NCBI GenBank assembly: GCA_037190965.1
Contig: JBBCKI010000029.1
Span: 32,001 to 96,000 of the forward strand
Source of the DNA: Chthoniobacteraceae bacterium
Lineage (GTDB): Bacteria; Verrucomicrobiota; Verrucomicrobiia; Chthoniobacterales; Chthoniobacteraceae
Length of the DNA: 64,000 bases
Direction: 5' to 3'
The notes under the pieces are model-generated. The model was given only the letters and a program-made list of their open reading frames with translations. It searched no databases and was not told where the DNA came from. Shown here one piece after another: positions 9,598 through 19,035 of the stretch. The number at the start of each line of letters is the position of its first letter. Within the stretch, counting starts at the first letter, position 1. The translations under genes were made by a program, and so were the position numbers.

Positions 9598-10494
9598 TTA
9601 GAAATCGTCGTCGAGTGAGACCGAGGGCTTTCTCGAAGAACCGCCATGGTCGTCCATGATGCGGTCGCGCTCGCGGGAGTCTCTTCGGTCGCGGTCACGA
9701 TCCCGGTCGCGCCTGGGTTCTTCCTGCCTGGTTTCGAAGTGCAGCGCCATCAGGCCGAGCGACTGGGCGGAAGCGCGTTCCAGGTCCGAGATCAAATGCT
9801 GCACCCGGTTGCGGAAAAGGCCGTAGAATGCCATCGCGACGATGCCGACGATCAGCCCCGTCCCGGTGGCCACCAGCGCTTCGGAAACGCCCTCGGCGAG
9901 AAGCATCGGGCGGCTCGCTTCGGAGACGTTGCTGGCGATAACCCCGAACGAGTGAATGATGCCGAATACCGTGCCGAGAAGCCCGACCATCGGGGAGAGG
10001 ACGGCAATGTCGGCAAGGTAGGAGATCCGGTTTTGCAGCGACGCGGCCTGCGAGGCTCCTTCCGTCTGCGCGATCTCCCTGACCACCTCGAAGGAGGCTG
10101 TCGGGTTCTTCGTGGTGAAATCGAGCATCCGTTGCACCACCCGGGCGATGGCCTCGCCGTGACGGTGCGAAATGGCGAGCAGCGCCGGGTAGTCGCGCTT
10201 TTTCAGAAGCACCTCGGCGGTGTTCATGAAGTGGGTCGAGACAATCGCGCCGCGCCGGAGCGTGAAAGCGAAGGCGACGACCAGCATCAGCGTCAGAATC
10301 GACATGATGGCCAGCGGGATCATCGCCCAGCCGCCGGATTGGATCAAATTGAGCATGGTGACCGAATCGGGCTTCTGGGCCGCGGCGGCAGCAGCGGCTT
10401 CGGCCACTTTTGCGGCGGAGTTGCCTTGCGCCAAAAGAGAGGTCAGGGGAGTCGCCAGGCCGAAAATCCCGAATAACAAAAGAGAGGGTTTCAT
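9598..10494 (-). CDS. exbB: MotA/TolQ/ExbB proton channel protein
   Basis: SPMVGLLGTVFGII and GVSEALVATGTGL motifs. Confidence 0.9.
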   Translation of the reverse strand: MKPSLLLFGIFGLATPLTSLLAQGNSAAKVAEAAAAAAAQKPDSVTMLNLIQSGGWAMIPLAIMSILTLMLVVAFAFTLRRGAIVSTHFMNTAEVLLKKRDYPALLAISHRHGEAIARVVQRMLDFTTKNPTASFEVVREIAQTEGASQAASLQNRISYLADIAVLSPMVGLLGTVFGIIHSFGVIASNVSEASRPMLLAEGVSEALVATGTGLIVGIVAMAFYGLFRNRVQHLISDLERASAQSLGLMALHFETRQEEPRRDRDRDRDRRDSRERDRIMDDHGGSSRKPSVSLDDDF

Positions 10495-10578
10495 GAAATT
10501 GGTTGTGTATATTACGATGCGCAACCGGGGTTTCAACTCGACTCTCCAATCGGAGACCGGTTTTCACCACGCCAACGT

Positions 10579-12192
10579 ATGACGCCCGCCCACTCCAAAG
10601 ACAAGCCCGACCTTGGGCGAAAACTGCAAGAGCTCCCGCATAAACCGGGCGTTTACCTGATGCGGGACCGCCTTCGCAGGGTGATTTACGTCGGCAAGGC
10701 CCGCGATCTGAAAAAGCGGGTCAGCCAGTATTTTGTCGCCTCCCGCCGCAGAACCGCCGATCCCAAGACGCTCGCGCTCCTCGATAGCGTGTGGGATCTG
10801 GAGTGGCACACGGTAAAGAGCGAACCCGAGGCGTTGCTTCTGGAGGGGAAGCTCATCAAGGAGTTCCGACCCAAGTACAACATCTCCTTCCGCGACGACA
10901 AACGCTTCCTGATGGTGAAGGTCGATATGGCCGAGGAGTGGCCCCGGTTCCGGCTCGCCCGCTTCAAGCGGGAGGACAATGCCCGCTACTTCGGGCCGTA
11001 TGTCCATTCGGGGGCGCTCAAGCAGACACTTCACTTCATGCGGAAGAAGTTCGGCATCCTCACTTTCGGGCGGGGCGCGCCCACGGAGCGGGAACTCAAA
11101 TCGTCCGCCTATCAGGTTTTGAGCCGGATCACCGCCTTTACGACGGAGCAATATCGGGAACGGGTGGAGGCCGCTTGCGAATTTCTCGCGGGGCAATCGC
11201 GCGAGTTGCTCAAGGAGTTAGAAGAGGAGATGCAGAAGGCGGCGGCCAAGCTCGACTTCGAGCGGGCGGTGGAACTGCGCAACATGCTCGACAACCTGCG
11301 CAAGACCACCGCGACGACGGTCCGCCGATTTACGCGGCACACGCTCCCGAGCAGCATCGACCCGGGGGCTGATGTCCTCTCGCTCAAAGACGCGCTCGGG
11401 CTTGCCGAGGTGCCGCGCGTCATGGAGTGCTTCGACATCTCCAATATTTCGACCACGCATATCGTCGCCTCCATGGTCCGTTTTCGCGATGGCGTGCCGG
11501 ACCGCGCCAACTACCGGCGTTATCGGATCAAGAGCGTCGACGGGCAGAACGATTTCGCGAGCATGGCCGAGGTTATCCGGCGTCGTTACTCCCGCATCCT
11601 TCTGACTGCCCGCGAGAGTGCCCAAGCCGAGTCCCGAAAAGGCGCGGACGGGGAGGGGATCGACTATTCCCCGGAGTTTTCCCAGGAATCTCCCGCGGAA
11701 GCGGTGGATCGGCTCGCCTCTTCAGACGCCACTGGGGGAGGCCCAACGTTCGTCCGGCTTCCGGATCTGGTCATCGTCGACGGCGGCAAGGGGCAACTTT
11801 CCTCTGCCTGCAAGGAACTCCAGCGGCTCGGGTTGCACGATCTCCCCATCATCGGCCTCGCCAAGGAATTTGAAGAGATCCATCGTCCCGGGCGACCGCT
11901 GCCGATGCGCCTGCCAGAGGATTCCAACGCGCTCCGGTTGCTCCAGCGGATCCGCGACGAGGCTCATCGCTTCGCCAACGGTTACCACCAGTTGCTCATG
12001 AAGCGCCGCATCGTCGAAAGCATTCTCGACGACTGCCCCGGGATCAGCGCCACCCGCAAGCATGCCCTTCTCGCCAAATTCGGTTCCGTCGCCCGTCTAC
12101 GGAAAGCGCCCGTGGAGGAGATTGCCGCAACTCCCGGCATCGGCCCGCGCCTTGCCGAGCAGCTTGTGGAGTATTTGCGCCAGCGGGAGTGA
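10579..12192 (+). CDS. uvrC: Excinuclease ABC subunit C
   Basis: GIY-YIG (PGVYLM..IYVGKA), UVR motif, ECFDISN, PDLVIVDGGKGQL, RDEAHRFA, HhH. Confidence 0.95.
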   Translation: MTPAHSKDKPDLGRKLQELPHKPGVYLMRDRLRRVIYVGKARDLKKRVSQYFVASRRRTADPKTLALLDSVWDLEWHTVKSEPEALLLEGKLIKEFRPKYNISFRDDKRFLMVKVDMAEEWPRFRLARFKREDNARYFGPYVHSGALKQTLHFMRKKFGILTFGRGAPTERELKSSAYQVLSRITAFTTEQYRERVEAACEFLAGQSRELLKELEEEMQKAAAKLDFERAVELRNMLDNLRKTTATTVRRFTRHTLPSSIDPGADVLSLKDALGLAEVPRVMECFDISNISTTHIVASMVRFRDGVPDRANYRRYRIKSVDGQNDFASMAEVIRRRYSRILLTARESAQAESRKGADGEGIDYSPEFSQESPAEAVDRLASSDATGGGPTFVRLPDLVIVDGGKGQLSSACKELQRLGLHDLPIIGLAKEFEEIHRPGRPLPMRLPEDSNALRLLQRIRDEAHRFANGYHQLLMKRRIVESILDDCPGISATRKHALLAKFGSVARLRKAPVEEIAATPGIGPRLAEQLVEYLRQRE

Positions 12193-12222
12193 GAAAATCC
12201 AGAGAGCGAAGACCGGAAACCT

Positions 12223-12256
12223 GGTAGTCCGCTCGCGCCGCGAGCGCGGGTATCGG
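12223..12256 (+). repeat. Solo REP, family A
   Basis: GGTAGTCCGCTCGCGCCGCGAGCGCGGGTATCGG between convergent uvrC and vapC. Confidence 0.8.
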
Positions 12257-12275
12257 TCCTATGGGCGTGAAAGAG

Positions 12276-12653
12276 CTATTTCATTCCCGGTGCTTCAACA
12301 TAACCAACCCCCAACTCGATGGCCGCCGCAGCGAGGCGGGCGTCGAGGCTCCAAAGCGGAGAGTTTGAAAGCCGGGCCGCTGCAAGCAGTTGCAAATCAT
12401 TCCAGCCGATACCTCGGCCGTAGAGCGCGTGGGCTTCGATGAAGTCGAGGCATTCTTCCGCCGTGCAGACTGTTGCGCGTGGCAGACTTCGCAATGCGGC
12501 AAGGGTCTGCTTGCGTTTCGCGAGATTCCCGGTTGCCAATTCGCCAATGACGATAGGGTGGATCAAAATGAGGCCGTCTTTCAGGACCGCCGCAAATTCC
12601 GGGACTCCCCGGCGGAAATGCTGCACCCAGATCGAAGTGTCTGCCAGGATCAT
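12276..12653 (-). CDS. vapC: VapC PIN-domain toxin
   Basis: MILADTSIW..HP.VIGEL..D..L..LWSLD PIN acidic motifs; 4-nt overlap with the antitoxin. Confidence 0.92.
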   Translation of the reverse strand: MILADTSIWVQHFRRGVPEFAAVLKDGLILIHPIVIGELATGNLAKRKQTLAALRSLPRATVCTAEECLDFIEAHALYGRGIGWNDLQLLAAARLSNSPLWSLDARLAAAAIELGVGYVEAPGMK

Positions 12654-12856
12654 TTCCGACTTTTCGGGGTCGACCGAGGGCGCGGAGGGAGTGCGAGCTC
12701 GGGCATCGTGCCGCCGAGAGCCGCGAGTCGCCGGGCGGACTCTCGCTGGATGAGCGCTTCCAGGCCCATGCGGACGATGGCGGTCTTTTCCGTTTCTCCC
12801 GTATATTCAGCGGCTTGGGAAAGGAGGGCGTCATCGATATTGAGAGTCGTTCTCAT
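12650..12856 (-). CDS. vapB: VapB antitoxin
   Basis: MRTTLNIDDALL ribbon-helix-helix start; directly upstream of the PIN gene. Confidence 0.9.
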   Translation of the reverse strand: MRTTLNIDDALLSQAAEYTGETEKTAIVRMGLEALIQRESARRLAALGGTMPELALPPRPRSTPKSRK

Positions 12857-12892
12857 GCATATGAAGATGCATGATTTGTATGCAATTGTCAA
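12857..12892 (-). promoter_or_regulatory. Sigma70-type promoter of vapBC with overlapping TGCAT/ATGCA palindromic operators; probably leaderless
   Basis: TTGACA-17nt-CATCTT-7nt-ATG on the minus strand. Confidence 0.7.
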
Positions 12893-13016
12893 CGCGCCGC
12901 CATAAGGGCGGCAAAACCGAGGGTTTTCTGAAGTCGGTTGTTTTATACTGTTTACGCTCAGCCGGAATTTCCGATTTTTCTAGTGCGCGCTTCCGTCGCC
13001 CGGCGTAGAAGCTCTG

Positions 13017-14891
13017 ATGCAAAAGAAACAATTTACCGAACTTGGCCTCTCGCCTGAACTTCTCAAGGCGATTGCAAAGGTCGGGTACGAGGAGGCTTCG
13101 CCCATCCAGTCGGAGGCGATCCCTGTGCTCCTCGGCGGTGCCGACGTGGTCGGCCAATCCCAGACCGGTTCGGGTAAGACGGCGGCGTTTGCGATTCCCG
13201 CCATTGAGCGCGTGGATGGTTCGCTGCGCGTGCCGCAGGTGCTCATCCTCTGCCCCACGCGCGAGCTCGCCGTCCAGGTGGCCGAAGAGGTCGCCAAGCT
13301 CGCCTTCTTCAAGCGCGGTGTGCGCGAGCTTCCCATCTACGGAGGGCAATCTTACGAGCGCCAGTTCAAGGGGCTCTCGCAGGGGCCGCAGATCATCATC
13401 GGCACCCCGGGGCGTGTCATGGATCACCTTGATCGCGGCACGTTGAAGCTCGACCAACTTCGCATGATCGTTCTCGACGAAGCCGACCGGATGCTCGACA
13501 TGGGTTTCGTTGACGACATCAAAACCATTCTGAGCCAGGCCCCGCCCGAGCGTCAGACGGTGATGTTTTCCGCCACCGTGCCGCCGCCCATCCGGCATTT
13601 GATCGAGACGTTTACGAAGAACCCCGTCAGCATCAAAATCGAGGCGCAGGCGCTCACGGTTCCCTCCATCGATCAGGTCTATTTCGAGGTGGAGCGCCGC
13701 TCCAAAGTCGAGGTGCTCTGCCGCCTGATCGATCTGGAGGACATCAACTACGCCATTATTTTCTGCGCCACCAAGATGATGGTCGATGAATTGACCGAGC
13801 ATCTGACCGCGCGCGGTTACGCCTCCGACAAGCTGCACGGCGACATGTCGCAGGCAATGCGCGAGCGGGTGATGACCAAGTTCCGCAAGCGCGGGCTCGA
13901 ATTTCTCGTTGCCACCGACGTCGCGGCGCGCGGGGTCGACGTGGATGACCTTGAGGCGGTCTTCAACTACGATCTTCCGCAGGATGGCGAAGACTATGTC
14001 CACCGCATCGGCCGTACCGGGCGTGCGGGCCGCACCGGAAAGGCGTTTACTCTCGTTTCAGGCCGGGAGATCTGGAAACTCCAGCACATCATGCGGTTCA
14101 CCAAGGGGCGGATCCGGCGCGAGCGCGTGCCTTCCGCTGACGAGGTGGAGGAAAAGCGTGCCAATGTCTTCTTCGATACCTTGCGCGAAACGCTCGAGAG
14201 CGGCGAATACAAGCGGCAGGATGAATTGATCGATCGCCTTCTCAATCAGGGCTATGCTCCGACCGACATCGCCTCCGCGCTCATTCACCTGAGTAGTGGC
14301 GAGAAGCCCCGGCAGGGCGGCGAGCGGGAAGTGCGGGAGCCAAGGGAAAGGGACGTGGTGCCTGCGCGCCCTGCGGATTTTGAACGCAAACCGAAGGCCA
14401 AAGCGGAGCTTAGACGGGAATACGAAGCAGCGCGTGAAGAACGCCCCCGCCATGCCGCGCGAGAAGGACAATCGGCGGAGCCGCGCCCTCGCAAGGAATG
14501 GGACGCGCCAAAAGCAGTCCCAGCTTCGACCCCGGGATTCCGCGAGCCGATCCGGGAGTTCAAGCGCAAAGGCGATGAGCGCCCCGAACGCCCGCTCAAG
14601 CGCGAGCGTCCATTGCAGCACGACCGCCAGGAGCCTTCACGCTTTTCCCACGAGGCGGGGATGTCCCGGCTGGTCATCAACGCCGGGCGCGATCATGAGA
14701 TTTCGCCGGGAGACGTGGTGGGCGTCATTGCCGGGCTCGCAAAGGTTAGCAAGGAGTCCATCGGCGCGATCCGCCTGATGGCGAAGCAGTCGTTTGTCGA
14801 TGTGGCTCGCGAGGAGGTTCCGCGCGTTTTGGAAAAGCTTAACGGCGTGAAATTCAAGGGACGGAAGCTGTTTATCGGCCTGGCGGAGTAG
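13017..14891 (+). CDS. deaD: DEAD-box RNA helicase with C-terminal DbpA-type RNA-binding domain
   Basis: Q motif, TGSGKT, PTRELA, DEAD, SAT, HRIGRTGR; C-terminal PGDVVG RBD. Confidence 0.9.
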   Translation: MQKKQFTELGLSPELLKAIAKVGYEEASPIQSEAIPVLLGGADVVGQSQTGSGKTAAFAIPAIERVDGSLRVPQVLILCPTRELAVQVAEEVAKLAFFKRGVRELPIYGGQSYERQFKGLSQGPQIIIGTPGRVMDHLDRGTLKLDQLRMIVLDEADRMLDMGFVDDIKTILSQAPPERQTVMFSATVPPPIRHLIETFTKNPVSIKIEAQALTVPSIDQVYFEVERRSKVEVLCRLIDLEDINYAIIFCATKMMVDELTEHLTARGYASDKLHGDMSQAMRERVMTKFRKRGLEFLVATDVAARGVDVDDLEAVFNYDLPQDGEDYVHRIGRTGRAGRTGKAFTLVSGREIWKLQHIMRFTKGRIRRERVPSADEVEEKRANVFFDTLRETLESGEYKRQDELIDRLLNQGYAPTDIASALIHLSSGEKPRQGGEREVREPRERDVVPARPADFERKPKAKAELRREYEAAREERPRHAAREGQSAEPRPRKEWDAPKAVPASTPGFREPIREFKRKGDERPERPLKRERPLQHDRQEPSRFSHEAGMSRLVINAGRDHEISPGDVVGVIAGLAKVSKESIGAIRLMAKQSFVDVAREEVPRVLEKLNGVKFKGRKLFIGLAE

Positions 14892-14916
14892 GCCGGCGTC
14901 CGAAGAGAAATCGAAA

Positions 14917-14942
14917 GTAACCCGGCGTTTCAACGCCGGGTT
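14917..14942. repeat. REP-like palindrome / possible terminator between convergent genes
   Basis: AACCCGGCGTT-TC-AACGCCGGGTT perfect 11-bp inverted repeat. Confidence 0.6.
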
Positions 14943-14997
14943 GCATCAAAGAAGGGAGATTGTCCCGAGAGCGCCGTTGCGAAGTGATCCAATGCCA

Positions 14998-15077
14998 CGG
15001 CGTCGCAGAGCTCCGCCCTCCGTTAGAAGCAATGGCGCGGCAGCGCTCTTCCCGGAGGGCGGAGCTCCGCGACGCCG
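14998..15077. repeat. REP-like inverted pair, family B
   Basis: 25-nt arms 14998-15022 and 15053-15077 are 24/25 reverse-complementary (CGGAGGGCGGAGCTCCGCGACGCCG). Confidence 0.75.
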
Positions 15078-15104
15078 CTACCGGCCGACGGCACACACTT
15101 TCGT

Positions 15105-15587
15105 CTACGAGCAGCCGCAGCCGCCGGAGTTGCCTCCGCCGCAGCAACCCTCATCCGAGTGCGAGGGATGGGAGTGCCCGTGATCATGAGCATGGGAGTG
15201 ATCATGCTGACTGCCGCAGCATCCGCCACCCCCACAACATTCCCCTTCCGCCGAGGCGGCAAGTTCGGGGTTCACTTTCACGGCGAACTCGATCCCCTGG
15301 AATCCGATCTGTTCGCGAATCACGCCGATGAAATATTCCGTCTTCTCATCGGGTGGTTCCACGCATTCGAGCTGAAGCCGCACGGTTTTGTCGGCAAACT
15401 GAGGGAAGTGCTCGGCCATTTCCCCGTCGAGCGCGAAGGAGAGATAGGCGTTCACTTTCTCCTGAAGTTGAAAAATGCGGCGATCCGAGGCGTCCCACGG
15501 GCGAGGTTCCGTCATGCCGAGAATCAAAACGTTAGTTTCGGGGTCCTGGGCGATGAGATCGATGACGTGCGCGTTTTGCAGAGGCAT
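15105..15587 (-). CDS. DUF6572-like protein with SlyD-like His/Cys-rich tail
   Basis: VIDLI..W..LQEKVNAYLSF..G core; tail CCGGGGCCGSQHDHSHAHDH..CCGGGNSGGCGCS. Confidence 0.7.
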   Translation of the reverse strand: MPLQNAHVIDLIAQDPETNVLILGMTEPRPWDASDRRIFQLQEKVNAYLSFALDGEMAEHFPQFADKTVRLQLECVEPPDEKTEYFIGVIREQIGFQGIEFAVKVNPELAASAEGECCGGGGCCGSQHDHSHAHDHGHSHPSHSDEGCCGGGNSGGCGCS

Positions 15588-15667
15588 GGCGATGCAGATG
15601 AAAGTTGAATCTTGGGGTATCGCGACGCGATGTCAAATCACGCGCCGCCGGATGGTTCAAAGGGCAT

Positions 15668-16141
15668 TTACCGGTGCCTGCGGTTGAAGTCGGCCCGTTC
15701 CCGTTCCATTTCCCGCTTTACCGCGCTGGTTTTGAGATCCTGGCGCTTGTCGTGCGCCACCTTGCCTTTGCCGATGCCGATCTCGATTTTGACGCGGGCG
15801 TCCTTCCAGTACATCCGCAGGGCCACCAGGGTGTGCCCCGCGATGGAGGTGGCTTCGAAAAGCTTCGCAATCTCCTTCTTATGAAGCAAAAGCCGCCGGG
15901 CTCGCTTGGCTTCGTGTTGCTCGAAGCTGGCGCGGAAGTACGGCTGGATATCGGCCCCATACAGAAAGACCTGTCCATTCTCCACCCGCGCGAAGGCCTG
16001 GTTGAGATTGGCAAAGCCGCCCCGGATCGATTTGACCTCGGTGCCTTTCAGCTCGATCCCGGCCTCGAACCGTTCGAGGATGTGGTAATCGTGCGTGGCG
16101 CGGCGATTGACTGAGATATCGGCGGGCTTGGCCCGTGACAT
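15668..16141 (-). CDS. smpB: SsrA-binding protein
   Basis: NRRATHDY, EAGIELKGTEVKSIR, GKGK..HDKRQ. Confidence 0.97.
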   Translation of the reverse strand: MSRAKPADISVNRRATHDYHILERFEAGIELKGTEVKSIRGGFANLNQAFARVENGQVFLYGADIQPYFRASFEQHEAKRARRLLLHKKEIAKLFEATSIAGHTLVALRMYWKDARVKIEIGIGKGKVAHDKRQDLKTSAVKREMERERADFNRRHR

Positions 16142-16152
16142 GGCAGGCGGGA

Positions 16153-16368
16153 TTAAGCGACCTCTTCGGCGGCTTCGAGTTGCTCCCAGCTGAGCTTGCC
16201 TTCGATGATCTCGCGCAGGGCGGTGTCGGCAAAATCGAGGCGGGTGCCAACTTCAACCATCGGGCGATGTCCCTGCGAAAGCTGGCGCACGCGGCGGGAA
16301 ACCACGTTGATCAGAACTTGCTGATTGGGAATCACTTTGCTGGCCTCGTCAAGAAGATGGGTCGTCAT
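16153..16368 (-). CDS. rpoZ: RNA polymerase omega subunit
   Basis: LINVVSRRVRQL..TALREIIEGK. Confidence 0.88.
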   Translation of the reverse strand: MTTHLLDEASKVIPNQQVLINVVSRRVRQLSQGHRPMVEVGTRLDFADTALREIIEGKLSWEQLEAAEEVA

Positions 16369-16388
16369 AGTTCTGAAAAAAGAGCGGC

Positions 16389-16417
16389 AGATTGGATTGG
16401 GTGTCTTGCTTTGTCAA
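16389..16417 (-). promoter_or_regulatory. Putative sigma70 promoter of rpoZ-smpB
   Basis: TTGACA-17nt-CAATCT followed by GCCGCTCTTTTT. Confidence 0.55.
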
Positions 16418-16474
16418 ATGAAGTTTTGCCGCGAGGGCGCCATCCTCGCGGGATATGGGCGTTAAATCTGCGGA

Positions 16475-16924
16475 TCAAGCCGTTCGCCGCTTGAGGGTGA
16501 TCCGCTTGACCCGGGCCTCGTCGTCGGGGCTCCAGGTCGTCACTTCGGGATCGTCTTTGAACGCATTGTGGACGACCCGGCGGTCGTAAGCGTTCATCGG
16601 GTCGAGGTGAAACGGGTTGCCCGTCTCGCGCACGAGTTCCGCGTACTTTCGCACTTGGGCGACCAATCGGTCGTTCCGCATTTCACGAAAATGCTCCACG
16701 TCCACTTGCACTTTCGGCGAACTCGGGTCCTGCACTTGCAGAAGACGATTCAGCAGAAATTGCAGATCGTCGATGGTTTCGCCCTCTTTCCCGATCAGTT
16801 TCTCCTTCTCGGGAGTATAAACCTGGAGCGTCACCATCCCGTCGACTTCGATCTCCTTGATCTCAAACGCGAAACCGAGATACCCGAGCATGGTGTCGAG
16901 GATGTCTTTCGCATTGGGATTCAT
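16475..16924 (-). CDS. jag: Jag/KhpB-family KH-R3H RNA-binding protein lacking the N-terminal Jag domain
   Basis: LIGKEGETIDDLQ (KH); PMNAYDRRVVH (R3H); follows yidC. Confidence 0.85.
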   Translation of the reverse strand: MNPNAKDILDTMLGYLGFAFEIKEIEVDGMVTLQVYTPEKEKLIGKEGETIDDLQFLLNRLLQVQDPSSPKVQVDVEHFREMRNDRLVAQVRKYAELVRETGNPFHLDPMNAYDRRVVHNAFKDDPEVTTWSPDDEARVKRITLKRRTA

Positions 16925-16980
16925 AGGCTGCCGATCGTCGTTCTATAGCGTCTTTCTATAGGCTGATTCCTTGGGGGTGA

Positions 16981-18702
16981 TCAACGGCGCTTGGATTTCT
17001 TCGCCACGACGGCCTTGGTGAGCGCCGGGGCCTCCTGATTCCGCGTCACGTAGAGCTGAATGATCGAGAGTATATTCTGAACGGTGTAGTAAAGGGCAAG
17101 CGCAGAAGCGAAATTGTAGGTAAAGACCACAAAAATCAGCGGCATGAAAAGGAGGATGCGCTGTTGGGTCGGATCTCCCGATTTCGGCGTAAGCTGCATT
17201 TGCAGCACCATGGTGGCCGCCATGAGGATCGGCAGGATATTCACCGGGAATCCGGCGATGTGGAACACCGTATCGGGCTGCGAAAGGTCGTGGACCCAGA
17301 GGAAATGGCTGTTGCGCAGTTCCACGGCGGCCCCCAGCATGCTGTAAAAGCCGAAGAAGATCGGGATCTGGATCAGCATCGGGAGGCACCCCGCGAACGG
17401 GTTGACGCCATAGTCCTTGTAGAGCTTCATCAGCTCCTGGTTCATCCGGGCGGGATCGTCCTTATACTTCTCCTTGAGCTCCGTCATCTTGGGCTGGAGG
17501 AGCTGCATTTTCTTCATGGAGGCGGTGGCCTTCCCCTGCACGGGCCAGAGAGCGCCACGCACGATGAAGGTCAGTACGACGATCGCCAGCGCGTAGCTGC
17601 CGATGTAGCCTTCCAGCCAGTTCATGCTCCTGAGCAGGAAGATGCAGATGATCTTGAAGAAGCCGAAGTTCATCATCTCCTGCTCGTTATGGCCGAGCTC
17701 GGCCAGACGGCGGTACTCTTTGGGGCCCGCGTAGATGGTCAGCTTTTGCTGTGCGGTGTCGCCGGGATTCAGTTTGAACCCGGGCATCCCGAGCGCCCCC
17801 TGGATGCCATGGATCTCCTTGCCCTCGATCTTTACCGGGAACCGGCTGGCCCAGACGCCCAGGCCCGGGGTTTGCGGGCTGGAAATGAGCGATGTGAAAT
17901 ATTGGTTTTTGACGCCGGCCCAGTTCACGCCACCGGGGGTTTCGAGGTACTGCGATTTGCCGGGAGCGCGCTCGATTCCCGTGAGAGGGATGGTTTTGGC
18001 GTTAAACCAGTTGACGTCGGTGAACGTCGCTTTGCCGTCACGGAACCAGTCCACTCCGGTGTAGTAAGGAAGCTCCGAAGCGTGGATCGGCTCGACGCCT
18101 CCGGCGAAAACGTAGTAACCGAGCTTCTCCACGGCGGCGGGGCCGCGATTGGCAAAGGCGATTTCCAGGCCAACGGTGTATTCCGCCGCGCCTTTCTTTG
18201 TCGAAGGAAGCGTGAACGTTTTGGTGATGTGGAGCCCGTTGGCTTCCGTGCGTTCAGCGATCACCTTGCCGTCCTTAACGGTGACGGTGTAAGGCTCCCT
18301 GTCGGGATCGCCCGGCTGGGAGAGGAGCGCGCCGATCGGGTAACTGGCGTGACCGTTGAGGATGACCTTCTCCCCGGGGGTCGCGCCCTGGTGCTCCAGC
18401 AGCTTAACGGAAGCGATGCCTCCGCCATGGTTTGTAAAGGTGTACTCCGCAGAGCCCGCCGTGAGGGTTTCCAGCTTCTCGGGGACTGCCGGTTCGGTCG
18501 GTTTCGCTTCGGTGACCGATTGGGCGGCGGTCGAAGGGGTGGCCGGTGAAGCCGTTGGAGAGGCGGTCGGGGTAGCCGAGGCCGTAGCGGCGGCTTCGGG
18601 GTGAGCGAGCCGCCATTCACGCGCATCCTTTTGGGTTTTGAATTGCCACCAGACGAGGACGAGCATCGAGAGGGTGACTGCGATAATGCCTTTACGATCC
18701 AT
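16981..18702 (-). CDS. yidC: Membrane protein insertase
   Basis: YAGPKEY, NPFAGCLPMLIQIPIF, FLWVHDLSQPD. Confidence 0.97.
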   Translation of the reverse strand: MDRKGIIAVTLSMLVLVWWQFKTQKDAREWRLAHPEAAATASATPTASPTASPATPSTAAQSVTEAKPTEPAVPEKLETLTAGSAEYTFTNHGGGIASVKLLEHQGATPGEKVILNGHASYPIGALLSQPGDPDREPYTVTVKDGKVIAERTEANGLHITKTFTLPSTKKGAAEYTVGLEIAFANRGPAAVEKLGYYVFAGGVEPIHASELPYYTGVDWFRDGKATFTDVNWFNAKTIPLTGIERAPGKSQYLETPGGVNWAGVKNQYFTSLISSPQTPGLGVWASRFPVKIEGKEIHGIQGALGMPGFKLNPGDTAQQKLTIYAGPKEYRRLAELGHNEQEMMNFGFFKIICIFLLRSMNWLEGYIGSYALAIVVLTFIVRGALWPVQGKATASMKKMQLLQPKMTELKEKYKDDPARMNQELMKLYKDYGVNPFAGCLPMLIQIPIFFGFYSMLGAAVELRNSHFLWVHDLSQPDTVFHIAGFPVNILPILMAATMVLQMQLTPKSGDPTQQRILLFMPLIFVVFTYNFASALALYYTVQNILSIIQLYVTRNQEAPALTKAVVAKKSKRR

Positions 18703-18771
18703 AAATTTTCAAAAAGCCTGGGGGCGGGCAGCAGGGAAGATACGTGGAGAGTGGTCGGTTGTCATCCGAGT

Positions 18772-19035
18772 TTACGCATTGCCGTCCCGCCGCGAGGGAA
18801 GGGAATGCGGGACGGGGTCATAGCCCTGGCCTCCCCATGGGTGGCAGCGCACCAGGCGTTTGATGCCAAGCCAGCCGCCGCGCAATACCCCGAAGCGTTC
18901 CACGGCTTCCGCGCAATAGCGGGAGCAGGTGGGTTCAAAGCGGCAGCCGCCGCCAGGGCCCGAAAGCACCGTAAACAGCGGAGATAGCACCCGTTGATAA
19001 AGAAAAATGAGGGCGAGCACGAGACGTTTTGCCAT
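18772..19035 (-). CDS. yidD: Membrane protein insertion efficiency factor
   Basis: [24 protein letters not shown]; start at MAKRL. Confidence 0.95.
   Translation of the reverse strand: MAKRLVLALIFLYQRVLSPLFTVLSGPGGGCRFEPTCSRYCAEAVERFGVLRGGWLGIKRLVRCHPWGGQGYDPVPHSLPSRRDGNA

Noticed and set aside
4119..15077. Repeats as a CRISPR array
   Set aside because: They are dispersed inverted pairs without regular repeat-spacer periodicity, and no cas genes are seen
15588..16474. tmRNA (ssrA) next to smpB
   Set aside because: The intergenic gaps are too short and no tRNA-like ends are seen
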